A DNA stretch of 40,307 bases from Candidatus Sulfopaludibacter sp. SbA3 (GCA_945866285.1 CAMBHC010000001.1:1-40307); one strand, 5' to 3'. Positions 6,880 through 15,600 are shown, counted from the first letter of the stretch. The notes: generated from the sequence alone by a model not told the origin. A program made the numbers and translations.

Positions 6880-7874
6880 ACGAGCACGCGGTCCGACTGT
6901 TCGCGACGAAGGGCGATGGTCGTCCCGCGCAACCGATACGCGCGCGGGTCGCCGGCGAAGGTGGCCAGGTCGCTGCGAATGCGCGCGCCGGGCGTGAACC
7001 CAAGGTCGAGCAGCCGGCGCCGCGCAAAGCCGCGAAACGCGGGATCGAGGGCAATCACCTCTGCGGATGCTCCGGACGGCAGCCCCGACAGCGGCAGGAC
7101 GCCTTCGGGCCACGGCTGTGCCACCTGCGCGGCGGTCACCGCGGCCACGTGGATGTTCGAGGCGACCATCGGGGCAAGGCGGTACTCGTTTTCGCCATCG
7201 CTCAGAACCACCCGCGTCGGTGACCGATCGACCACGCGAATGACCTGCCCGAGCCTGAGGCCTTCGGCCGACAACTGCGCATAGGCCAGCGGCGGCTCAT
7301 CCTCGAGATGAACAATGCGCCCGGGCGTCGAGGGTGGCCACGCGCCCAGCGGCGTGCCCGGCGACTCGGGGACCGAGCCATCGCCTGTCGGAATCGGGTC
7401 GCCATGCGGATCCATTACGGGATGCCCCATCGCGGCCGACAGCCGATCGAGTTGCGCCTTGCTCAGGCTGTGCTCGGCCCGCTCGGCTGCTTCGTGCACG
7501 CGATGAATCGGCACGCCCAGTTCGTCGGCGAGGTAGAGCTCCCACAGGCGATGCGCGCGCAGGACGTGCAACGCAACACGCTCGCCCTCGGCCGTGAGCT
7601 GAAACTGCGCCCCTTCAGAGCGGACCAGGCCCTCGCGTTCGAGGCGTTGCGTCAGCGCCATCAGTTGGCGATCGCCCATGCGCAGCGCGCCTTGCAGCGA
7701 AGTGAACGAGGCGGCATGGCCGTCGGTGGCTTGCCGCAGCAAGTGCTTGAGGGCGTTCTCGGTCCGCTCGCGCGCTTGCGCGAGGCGGTGCTTCCGGACC
7801 GCCGTGACCGCGCCATACTCGGGCGCGAACACCGCCAATCCAACCGCGATGAGAAGGAGGAGGTAAATCGTCAA
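6864..7874 (-). CDS. Membrane-anchored DtxR-family metalloregulator fused to an extra FeoA domain (TM - HTH - dimerisation - SH3/FeoA - FeoA)
   Basis: TTG start. N-terminal hydrophobic helix IYLLLLIAVGLAVFA. DtxR-like LRAHRLWELYL..HEAAERAEH..MDPHGDPIP. Two FeoA/SH3-like modules follow (..GRIVHLEDE..GLRLGQVIRVV.. and ..GASAEVIAL..RRRLLDLGFTPGARI..LRGTTIALRREQSDRVLV). Confidence 0.75.
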   Translation of the reverse strand: MTIYLLLLIAVGLAVFAPEYGAVTAVRKHRLAQARERTENALKHLLRQATDGHAASFTSLQGALRMGDRQLMALTQRLEREGLVRSEGAQFQLTAEGERVALHVLRAHRLWELYLADELGVPIHRVHEAAERAEHSLSKAQLDRLSAAMGHPVMDPHGDPIPTGDGSVPESPGTPLGAWPPSTPGRIVHLEDEPPLAYAQLSAEGLRLGQVIRVVDRSPTRVVLSDGENEYRLAPMVASNIHVAAVTAAQVAQPWPEGVLPLSGLPSGASAEVIALDPAFRGFARRRLLDLGFTPGARIRSDLATFAGDPRAYRLRGTTIALRREQSDRVLVKPLA

Positions 7875-7892
7875 TTTTGATTAATCAAAATT
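7873..7892. promoter_or_regulatory. 20-bp perfect palindrome AATTTTGATTAATCAAAATT, candidate metalloregulator operator
   Basis: Perfect dyad in an AT-rich island. It overlaps the TTG start (7872-7874) of the DtxR-FeoA/feo operon and lies 69 bp upstream of the divergent DtxR-family repressor gene. Confidence 0.55.
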
Positions 7893-7960
7893 ACACCACG
7901 GCGGCACACAAAAAGTCAACCACGCCAGGCCTTCAAGTTTGGTAACATGCTGAAAAATAG

Positions 7961-8629
7961 ATGCTTCCGTCGAGCACCGTCGAAAACTACCTGAAGGCGA
8001 TTTACGTCGGCGAGACCCACCTGACGGACGGGCAGAAGCTCGTCCCGATGGGTCAGTTGGCCGGTGCCCTCGGCATCGCCCCGGGCACTGCCACCACCAT
8101 GGTGAAGGCCCTCGCCGAGTCTGATCTCGTCGACTACGAGCCCTACAACGGCGTGCGGCTGACCGCCGCCGGCCAGAAACTGGCGGCGCGCGTGTTGCGG
8201 CGGCATCGCCTGATCGAGTTGTTCCTCGTCCAGGTGGTCGGCATGAAATGGGACGAGGTCCACGACGATGCGGAGCAGATGGAGCACGTGGTGTCGGATG
8301 CGTTAATCGAACGCATTGACGAGATGCTCGGCCGGCCCGAAGTCGATCCGCACGGCGATCCCATCCCCACGGCCGACGGGCAGCTCCCGCATCGTACGCT
8401 CGAGACCTTGTTGACTTGCCCGCTCCACACGCCGGTGACGGTGGCGCGCGTCACGGATCAGGATGCGGCGTTCCTGCGCTTCATCGAGAGCCACAACCTG
8501 AAGCCTGGGCAGACAATTGAAGTGGAAGCGCGCGATGACGTGTCTGACAGCGTGCGCCTGAAGGCCCCGAACGGCGTGCGCATGACCCTTGGCACGCGCG
8601 CCGCGTCGAAGCTGCTCGTTACCGGATGA
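7961..8629 (+). CDS. DtxR/IdeR/MntR-family metal-dependent transcriptional repressor
   Basis: ENYLKAIY, LAGALGIAPGTATTMVKAL (HTH), RRHRLIELFL, EQMEHVVS, DPHGDPIP and a C-terminal SH3-like domain. Confidence 0.9.
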   Translation: MLPSSTVENYLKAIYVGETHLTDGQKLVPMGQLAGALGIAPGTATTMVKALAESDLVDYEPYNGVRLTAAGQKLAARVLRRHRLIELFLVQVVGMKWDEVHDDAEQMEHVVSDALIERIDEMLGRPEVDPHGDPIPTADGQLPHRTLETLLTCPLHTPVTVARVTDQDAAFLRFIESHNLKPGQTIEVEARDDVSDSVRLKAPNGVRMTLGTRAASKLLVTG

Positions 8630-9263
8630 GGTCGAGCACCGCGGCCAGATCGCGGGGATGGTCAACGACAAACGGAGTCGCCGGTGGCGACTCGCCAAAC
8701 TTCAAGGCGCCGAAACCATAGCGCGCGAACACAAACGGACAGGATGCGGCCACTGCCGTCAGCGCATCGGCCGGCGAATCGCCAATCAAGACAATCTGAT
8801 CGCCAGGCGCCAGTGCGCGCAACGCCTGAAGGCCGCGCGGGTCAGGCTTGCGGCCGTACTCGCCGTCGCCGCCAATCACGCGGGTGAAGAAGCCGCGCAA
8901 GCCCAGCGCCTCCAGCAACCCGATCGCCGGCCCCAGCGGCTTGTTGGTGAGTACCGCCAGCGGCCCACGCCGCATGGCCCGCCCCAACTCTTCGTGAATG
9001 CCAGGATAGGCGACGGTGTGATCCATCAGCCGCCGATCATAGATCTTCAGGAAGCGGTCGAGCGCGCCCGGCGTTTCGGGGTCGAGGCCAGATTGCTCCA
9101 GCGCCCGCCTCACCAACACCGGCGCGCCATCACCGACCATCGTCACGACTTGCGCCACCGACAGGGGCGGCGCGCCGTAGGCTTGCACCAGCTCGCTCGC
9201 CGCCTCGCCGAGGTCGCGCGCCGAGTCGATCAGCGTGCCGTCCAAATCAAAGGCTATGATCAC
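8619..9263 (-). CDS. HAD-IA hydrolase, phosphoglycolate-phosphatase-like
   Basis: GTG start. IIAFDLDGTLIDS (motif I), LTNKP (motif II) and IGDSPAD (motif IV). Confidence 0.8.
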   Translation of the reverse strand: MIIAFDLDGTLIDSARDLGEAASELVQAYGAPPLSVAQVVTMVGDGAPVLVRRALEQSGLDPETPGALDRFLKIYDRRLMDHTVAYPGIHEELGRAMRRGPLAVLTNKPLGPAIGLLEALGLRGFFTRVIGGDGEYGRKPDPRGLQALRALAPGDQIVLIGDSPADALTAVAASCPFVFARYGFGALKFGESPPATPFVVDHPRDLAAVLDLIR

Positions 9264-9283
9264 AAGGCGTTGATCATAACGGC

Positions 9284-10003
9284 ATGAACACGCTGGTCCT
9301 ATTGTCGGGCGGACTCGACAGCGCGGTGCTCGCTGCCCACGAAGCGCAACACGCCACCGTACAGCCGCTGTACGTCAGCGTCGGACTGGCGTGGGAAGGC
9401 GCCGAACTGGCGATGGTCGATCGCCTGCTGGCGGCGCCGGCGTTTCCGGAACAGGTGCGGCCGCTCGTACGCCTGGAGTTCACCATGCGCGACGTGTACA
9501 GCGCCTCGCACTGGGCCATTCGTGGCGTGCCCCCCGCTTACGACACGCCGGATGAAGACGTCTACCTCGCAGGCCGCAATCTCGTCTTGTTGACGAAAGC
9601 CGCCGTCGTTGCGGCCAGGAGCCACGCGCATCGCATTGCCCTTGGGCCGTTGGCGGGCAATCCGTTTCCCGACGCCCGTCCCGAGTTCTTTGCCGCCATG
9701 GCCACGGCGCTGTCGCTTGGCCTGGCTCACCCGATCGAGATCGCCACACCCTTCCTGAACTGGGACAAGGCGCGAGTCATTCAGCGCGGCGTCGAGCTCC
9801 GGGTCCCGCTGGCGTTGACGCTCTCGTGCATGAGCCCGATCATCACCGCCGACCTGCCGCACCACTGCGGCCTGTGCAGCAAGTGTCGCGAGCGCCGCGA
9901 CGCGTTTACCGCCGCTGGTGTCACGGACCCCAGCGTCTACGCCCACCCATCACCGCGCGCCTGGCGGGCAGGACAGTCGTTGGCCGGCGGAGCACTGACC
10001 TGA
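9284..10003 (+). CDS. queC: QueC-family (7-cyano-7-deazaguanine synthase-like) PP-loop ATPase
   Basis: LLSGGLDS PP-loop, LAGRNL, DARPEFF, and the Cys cluster SC..HHCGLCSKCRERR typical of the QueC zinc site. The substrate-region motif (YGQRH) is not conserved. Confidence 0.65.
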   Translation: MNTLVLLSGGLDSAVLAAHEAQHATVQPLYVSVGLAWEGAELAMVDRLLAAPAFPEQVRPLVRLEFTMRDVYSASHWAIRGVPPAYDTPDEDVYLAGRNLVLLTKAAVVAARSHAHRIALGPLAGNPFPDARPEFFAAMATALSLGLAHPIEIATPFLNWDKARVIQRGVELRVPLALTLSCMSPIITADLPHHCGLCSKCRERRDAFTAAGVTDPSVYAHPSPRAWRAGQSLAGGALT

Positions 10004-10026
10004 CGACGTTTGGAGAGGTAACCGAG

Positions 10027-10227
10027 ATGGCGAACGAAGACTCGAAATCACAACAACACGGGTTGGTAGCGCCGACCGCGCCGGCACACGCCCACGAATG
10101 GACCCACGATGACGTGGAGCCCACGGTCCCGCCGGTTTCGGTCAGCACCTGCTCCTGTGGCGCCATTCGGCGCTCGTGGCAGGACGATGACGGTGAGTAT
10201 CGTGAGGAGATTGGCTATCTGTCGTAA
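10027..10227 (+). CDS. Small hypothetical protein (66 aa)
   Basis: ATG preceded by GGAGAGG 7 nt upstream. Acidic/His-rich sequence with a CSCG motif. No family recognised. Confidence 0.35.
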   Translation: MANEDSKSQQHGLVAPTAPAHAHEWTHDDVEPTVPPVSVSTCSCGAIRRSWQDDDGEYREEIGYLS

Positions 10228-10273
10228 CGTGGCGCTCAGTGAACCCAGGGCGACTCGCGTAAACTACGCGCAT

Positions 10274-11251
10274 ATGCGCTCATTGGTCACGGCTCTCGCA
10301 CTTTCGGCACTCGCCTTCTCGTCAATCGTCATGGCGCAGGGTTCCGCGCGGATCAATCCCATGATCGCGCTGCACGAGCGCGGGTTGCCGGTGTTCGGCG
10401 TCACGCACCCGCCGATCGTCGCAGGCGGACGCGGACCAGCCAGCGTGGCGGGGTCGAACGCGCCGGTGGCGGCTCCCCTGCCCTCCCTGGTCGACGCCGC
10501 GCGCGAGACGATGGCATACCGGTTCAGCGACTTTGCCTACGACAACTACGCCAGCGCCAATGCCGATCGCTTTCTCGGCTACATGGGCGCCATGCTGGCC
10601 GCCGGCGGTTCGGCGCGGGAACACGCCTTCATCTCAAAGGTGCCGATCATTCATACGGATCCCGCAGTGGCCACCGCCCGCATCGTCGAGCAACTGAATG
10701 CCGGTCATGTCGGCGTGATGCTGCAAGAGGTTGAAAGCGCGGATGAAGTCCGCGCCGGGCTGGCGGCCCTGCGCTTTGCCGCCAAGGGCGGAACCCGCCC
10801 CAATGACGGTGTGGGTCTCGCGGCCGCCTATTGGAAGCTGACCGAAGCCGAGTATCGCGAGAAGGCCGACCCCTGGCCGCTCAATCCCAGGGGCGAGTTG
10901 GTTCTGTGGGCGATCGTCGAGAGCAAGAAGGGCATCGCCAACATCCGGGAGATCGCACAGGTGCCCGGCCTCACCGTGATCGTCGTCGGAGCCGGCACAC
11001 TCGGCGGCGTGTTCTCGACGACCGGTGCCGACGGCCAACGGGTGCGCGATCAGGCAGGGTTTGACGCGGGCGTGTCAGCCATCCTGTCCGCCTGCAAGGA
11101 ATTCAAGGTGGCGTGCAGTCACCCTGCGAACAACCCGACGGAGGTCGCGGATTTCATGGCGCGCGGCTTTACGGTGTTTACGATGCAGCGGCGCGATCCC
11201 GCCGCGTTCGATGCGATCACCACGGGGCGCAGGATTTCCGGGCGGCACTGA
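10274..11251 (+). CDS. Secreted HpcH/HpaI-aldolase-fold-like protein (tentative)
   Basis: Start chosen at MRSLVTALALSALAFSSIVMAQG (signal-peptide-like). GVMLQEVESADEVRAGLAALRF and VLWAIVESKKGIANIREIAQVPGLTVIVVGAGTL parallel the HpaI segments LVPMV..A.EA..AV.A.RY and VLVQIET.EA..N...I..V.GVD..FIGP.DL. Confidence 0.5.
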   Translation: MRSLVTALALSALAFSSIVMAQGSARINPMIALHERGLPVFGVTHPPIVAGGRGPASVAGSNAPVAAPLPSLVDAARETMAYRFSDFAYDNYASANADRFLGYMGAMLAAGGSAREHAFISKVPIIHTDPAVATARIVEQLNAGHVGVMLQEVESADEVRAGLAALRFAAKGGTRPNDGVGLAAAYWKLTEAEYREKADPWPLNPRGELVLWAIVESKKGIANIREIAQVPGLTVIVVGAGTLGGVFSTTGADGQRVRDQAGFDAGVSAILSACKEFKVACSHPANNPTEVADFMARGFTVFTMQRRDPAAFDAITTGRRISGRH

Positions 11252-11262
11252 CCTGTGCGCGC

Positions 11263-12210
11263 CTACCGTTCGATGCGGATGGTGCCGTCGCCGGTGCGGA
11301 CTTTGAGGGCCTTGCCGCCCTCGCCCATCTTGCTGCGCATGGTGCGCCGCCGCTCACGGCGCTCGTCGCTGTCCTCGCCCGGCTTACGCTCACCGGCCTG
11401 ATCTTCCAGCAACGGATGCGATGACCGCACGGTGCCGTCGCTGGTTTCGGCGTCGAGCTCCGCGTTGAAGACCGACGGCAAGGTCAGCGTGATGCTGCCG
11501 TCGCCGGTGGTGAGGTCCCAATTGTCGGTCATCACGGTATCGACGTCGATCTGCGCTCGGACTGATCCGTCACCGGTCTTCAAGTGCAGCACCGACGGCT
11601 TCCCCTCGAAGCCAATGCTGCCATCGTCGGTCTCGAGGTCGATCTTGCCGGTGATCTTGTCGAGGCGAATGGAGCCGTCGCCGGAGCGGATGTTGATGTC
11701 GCCGGCCAGGCGCGTCGCCGTCACGCTGCCGTCCACGGTGGTCAGCGCGATCTTGCCGTCGAGCGCCTCGGCGCGAATGGAACCATCGCCGCTGCGCGCG
11801 ACGATGTTGCTGGCACGGGGCACGGCGACGCGCAGGCGCGCCGTGGGCGCGATGTGGACGCCAATCGTGAGCCCGCCGTATTCGGTGCGCGACGGGCCGG
11901 TCACCTTCAAGACGATCTTGTCGCCCTGCTGGGTGGCTTCGACCTTAATCTGATCGATCAGCGACTGCTCCATCGCGCGCTTTTCAATCTCGACTTCCAC
12001 CTCGGCCTTGTCCCAGGAGTGGATCTCGATGGCGCCGTCGAAGGTATCGAGGTCGATCTCGGGCAGGCCGGCGACCTTGAACGTCTTGGTCTCGCGGGCC
12101 GACAGCCCCTCGGTGTTGAGGTTGACCTCGCACGCTGCCAGGAACGTGGACGCGAGCAGTAACGCGCCGGTAATGGGCAGGGCGCGATGGGTCGTGAACG
12201 TCATGGGCAC
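11263..12210 (-). CDS. DUF4097-type beta-strand-repeat lipoprotein (putative adhesin)
   Basis: Lipobox LLLASTFLAAC. Repeated SGDGSI / T(D/V)DGS(I/V) strands are characteristic of DUF4097. Confidence 0.7.
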   Translation of the reverse strand: MPMTFTTHRALPITGALLLASTFLAACEVNLNTEGLSARETKTFKVAGLPEIDLDTFDGAIEIHSWDKAEVEVEIEKRAMEQSLIDQIKVEATQQGDKIVLKVTGPSRTEYGGLTIGVHIAPTARLRVAVPRASNIVARSGDGSIRAEALDGKIALTTVDGSVTATRLAGDINIRSGDGSIRLDKITGKIDLETDDGSIGFEGKPSVLHLKTGDGSVRAQIDVDTVMTDNWDLTTGDGSITLTLPSVFNAELDAETSDGTVRSSHPLLEDQAGERKPGEDSDERRERRRTMRSKMGEGGKALKVRTGDGTIRIER

Positions 12211-12238
12211 CTCAGGCAGATAGACGAGCCGATCCGGA

Positions 12239-13465
12239 TTACTGTTCCAATGCCGGGCGGCCGGCCAGGTAGGTCTGCCTGACGGCCAGACCCGGCCCGA
12301 GAACCACCAGGTCGGCGGTCATACCAGGGGCAATGGCGCCAACGCCGGCCAGTCCCAGTTCGGTGGCTGGGGTGGTCGAGCACATCTGGGCTGCGTCAAT
12401 CAGGGACACACCGGCTCGTTGGACCAGTGTCCTGAACGCCGCATCCATCGTGAGGATGCTGCCGGCCAGGGTGCCGTCTGCCAGTTCGGCGGTGCGCCCG
12501 GTCACGACGATCTCCTGGTCGCCCAACCGTGTCCGCGACCCGACCGGCAACCCCGATCCGGCCGTGCCATCAGTGATCGCCATCATGCGACGCGCGGACT
12601 TCATGCGTATCGCCAGCGACACCAGTGCCAGGTGCACATGAAACCCGTCGCAGATGATCTCCGCCGCGACCGCCTCAGATTCAAGCACCGCACCGACGAC
12701 CCCGGGCGAGCGCGACGTGGGCGATGACATGCGATTGAACAGGTGCGTGGCATGCCGCACGCCCGCCGCAATGGCCGCACGTGCTTCGTCGTAGGTGGCG
12801 CCGGTATGGCCGATCGACACGCGATGCCCGGCGGCCACGAAGCGGCGAACCAGGTCCAGGCCGCCCGGCAGTTCCGGCGCGAGCGTGATTATGCCGGTGG
12901 CGGCACCGTGACGCGCAATCACCGCGAGAATGTTGGCGGCGCTGAAGTCACCCTCGGCGGTTTCACTGGCAGGCAGGACTGAAGTCCCGCCGCTACGCAA
13001 CCGGTCAGCGCCCATCGGCGGCAGGCGCAAGCATCGCGGCGGTTGCGCACCGCTCCAGGCCGGATTGATGAAGTTGCTTTCCAGGTGCGCCGGCAGCACG
13101 CGCGCGGATTGGGGTGCGGGCGACGACTGCGCCGCGGTCACGGCGGCCAGCAGGTCACTGAGCGTCGATGGATCGCAGGCCACCGACGTGGGACAGAAGC
13201 CCGTGACGCCAAACTTCGGCATTCGGCGCGCAATCTCGGCGACGGCGCTGCCGCCGGCGAGCACGTCAATGCCCTCGACACCATGAACGTGAACGTCGAT
13301 GTAGCCGGGGACAATCACGTGGCCGGCGCAGTCGATCCGGGTGGCGCCGGCTGGGCCATCGATGTTGCGGGTCTCAATCGATTCGATGCGACCGTCGCGG
13401 ACCACCAGCGTGCCCCTCGGCACGACCCGATCCGGCAACACCAGGTCGGCGCCGGCCAGCACCAT
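12239..13465 (-). CDS. nagA: N-acetylglucosamine-6-phosphate deacetylase
   Basis: PGYIDVHVHG, HRVSIGHT, THLFNRMS. The start is taken at ATG 13465-13463 (MVLAGADLVLPD..), overlapping the upstream stop as ATGA. Confidence 0.85.
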   Translation of the reverse strand: MVLAGADLVLPDRVVPRGTLVVRDGRIESIETRNIDGPAGATRIDCAGHVIVPGYIDVHVHGVEGIDVLAGGSAVAEIARRMPKFGVTGFCPTSVACDPSTLSDLLAAVTAAQSSPAPQSARVLPAHLESNFINPAWSGAQPPRCLRLPPMGADRLRSGGTSVLPASETAEGDFSAANILAVIARHGAATGIITLAPELPGGLDLVRRFVAAGHRVSIGHTGATYDEARAAIAAGVRHATHLFNRMSSPTSRSPGVVGAVLESEAVAAEIICDGFHVHLALVSLAIRMKSARRMMAITDGTAGSGLPVGSRTRLGDQEIVVTGRTAELADGTLAGSILTMDAAFRTLVQRAGVSLIDAAQMCSTTPATELGLAGVGAIAPGMTADLVVLGPGLAVRQTYLAGRPALEQ

Positions 13466-14370
13466 CACGCGGCGGAACGCGCGGCCGACCGCGCGGCGCC
13501 AATGGCCACGCCGTCGGCGCCAAGGGTCGACAGCACGATGCGCACGTGCTCGGCCTGCGCGGGCCGCAGCCGGCGGCTGCACTCCACGCGAATGGCGTCG
13601 AGCATCATGTCACCAGACGAGGCGAGGGTGCCGCCCAGCACGATGACTTCAGGGTCCAACATGGTCGCGAGGTTGGCCACCGCCATGCCGACGTACTTCG
13701 CGGTGTCGCGAACCACCGAGATGCAGACGCCGTCGCCCACCCGGGCGCCCTGAAGCACATCGTCAGCGGTAATCCGCGTCAGGTCGCCGCCGACGTGGTC
13801 GGCGACGGCCGAGCGATCACCCGACTTGATGCGCCACACGAGACGCCGCACGATGCCGGCCGCCGCGACTTCTGCTTCCAGGCCGCCGTGGCGACGATAG
13901 TCCTCGCGCTCGACCGGGTTGAGAGCCAGCCAGCCGATCGAGCCGGCGAGACCGCGCGCACCGGCCCACGGGGCGCCGTTGATCAGGACACCCGCGGTGA
14001 CGTGCAGGCCAATGGCGCAGGTGATCACTTGCTGGAAGCCGCGCGCGGCGCCACACCAATGCTCGGCGATGACCGCGGCGGTGCCCGCGGCGATAGCCGT
14101 GGCGGCGCGTGCCCCTGGGGCCGCCGCCGACAACGCCGCAACGATCTCGGCAGGCACCGGTTCGCCGGCCTGCGGCAACGCGACGGCAAGGGCTGACACG
14201 TTGCCACCGGCGCCGGCGATCGCCTTGCGCGCGGTGTCGCTGATGGCATCGGCGATGTTGCCGGGGGCTGGCGGCAGCTGTTCGCGAGACAGCACCCGCC
14301 CGCTGTCGTCAACCACGACGGCGCGGGTGACCGAATCCGAGAAATCGACGCCGAGCGTCAGTTCAGGCAT
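13465..14370 (-). CDS. ROK-family sugar kinase-like protein
   Basis: LGVDFSDSVTRAVVVDDSGRVL and GAPWAGARGLAGSIGWL resemble ROK motifs. The CxCGxxGC zinc motif is absent. Translationally coupled to nagA. Confidence 0.6.
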   Translation of the reverse strand: MPELTLGVDFSDSVTRAVVVDDSGRVLSREQLPPAPGNIADAISDTARKAIAGAGGNVSALAVALPQAGEPVPAEIVAALSAAAPGARAATAIAAGTAAVIAEHWCGAARGFQQVITCAIGLHVTAGVLINGAPWAGARGLAGSIGWLALNPVEREDYRRHGGLEAEVAAAGIVRRLVWRIKSGDRSAVADHVGGDLTRITADDVLQGARVGDGVCISVVRDTAKYVGMAVANLATMLDPEVIVLGGTLASSGDMMLDAIRVECSRRLRPAQAEHVRIVLSTLGADGVAIGAARSAARSAA

Positions 14371-14469
14371 GGTCAGGATGATCCATCACGAACAGGACGC
14401 CCCATCGCAGTTGCTCCCGCATGTGGCGGACCACGCCCGCTGGCAGGTTGGCATCGGCATACACCCGGG

Positions 14470-15600
14470 TCAGGCGCGACCCTTCCCGCGCTTCTTAATC
14501 TGTTTGCGGGCCTCGCGTTCGAGATCGTCGACCAGCGTCTGCCGCTGCGCGAGTAGCCTCTTGTGCTTGCGGCGGCCGTTCTTGTGGCCGACGGCATACT
14601 CGCAGAACAGTGGGAAGGCGATCGTCGAATCGGCGTACACCACGGCGGTGTCAGGCAGCACGCTCGGATTGATCTTGCCCCAACTCACGGCTTCGGCCGG
14701 CGTGGCGCCAGACAATCCACCCCACACCACCGAGTCGGTGGTGATCTGGATGAAGTAGTCGTTGCCACCCTTGGGAATGCCGTAGACCTCCCACAGAGTG
14801 GGCTGGCCTTGCAGATAGAAGTTCTTCGGCGAGCCGCCGCCCAGGATCACGCAGCCGTTCTTCTCGGCGGCGCGGATGATCGCGCACACCTCGTTGACGT
14901 CCTTGTTGGGATCGATCTGCAGCGTGCTGCGGTTGATTAACTCGTGGTACGCGACGTTCATGCCGATCGAGCTGTCGCCCGGAGACGAGGTGTAGATCGG
15001 GACACCGTACTTCGCGGCCGAGGCGACCACCGAGTACTTGGCGCAGCCGGGGCGCACCTTCAGCAAATGCTTGCCGAGCGCCTCGTGCAGTTCGGCCGAA
15101 GACATCGGGCCTTCGAGGCCGCTCGACACCAGGAAGTCGCGGATGAAGCTGTCGGTATCGAGCAGCACCTGCGCGGGAAACAGCACGTCGTAGATGCGAA
15201 TGACGCCTTCGTCATAGAGCACCCGGTCATCGACGAACGGCGAACCTCGGCGCAGCGTGAAATTCAGCGCGTAGTGCAGGTCGTGATAGAGGTTGGCCCC
15301 GGTGCTGATGATGAAGTCAATCAGCCCGCGCTCCATCAGCTCGATCACGCAACCGCCAAGGCCGGCCGGGGTCATGGCGCCGGCGATCGTCAGGGCGATG
15401 GTGGTGTTGTTCTGCTTGGCGAGCATCTTGTCGCCATAAATTCGGCAGGCCTCGCCCAGGCGCGCCCCGTTGAAGGCCTGAAAGCCCTCATCGATCAGCG
15501 TGCGGATGGCCGCGCTGCCCTTCGGCCGGTAGTAGCGAATGGGCTTGCCCTTGAGAAATGACTTGGCGCCTTTCGGCGCGCCAGCAGCACGGTACGGCAT
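14470..15600 (-). CDS. Deoxyhypusine synthase-like protein
   Basis: EGFQAFNGARLGEA, TIALTIAGAMTPAGLG, DFIISTGANLYHDLH and GGGSPKNF. Start at ATG 15600-15598 (MPYRAAG..). Basic C-terminal tail. Confidence 0.8.
   Translation of the reverse strand: MPYRAAGAPKGAKSFLKGKPIRYYRPKGSAAIRTLIDEGFQAFNGARLGEACRIYGDKMLAKQNNTTIALTIAGAMTPAGLGGCVIELMERGLIDFIISTGANLYHDLHYALNFTLRRGSPFVDDRVLYDEGVIRIYDVLFPAQVLLDTDSFIRDFLVSSGLEGPMSSAELHEALGKHLLKVRPGCAKYSVVASAAKYGVPIYTSSPGDSSIGMNVAYHELINRSTLQIDPNKDVNEVCAIIRAAEKNGCVILGGGSPKNFYLQGQPTLWEVYGIPKGGNDYFIQITTDSVVWGGLSGATPAEAVSWGKINPSVLPDTAVVYADSTIAFPLFCEYAVGHKNGRRKHKRLLAQRQTLVDDLEREARKQIKKRGKGRA

Noticed and set aside
6006-7223. 405-aa + strand ORF across the feoB G-domain and DtxR-FeoA genes
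   Set aside because: It is antisense to two genes with strong family signatures. The composition is Arg/His/Ala-rich and low in complexity. It is a spurious open frame.
9264-9283. A 20-bp divergent spacer between the HAD and QueC-like genes, containing TTGATCATAA, as an operator
   Set aside because: It is only a 6-bp palindrome (TGATCA) and is too short to distinguish from chance. The promoters must lie within the coding regions.
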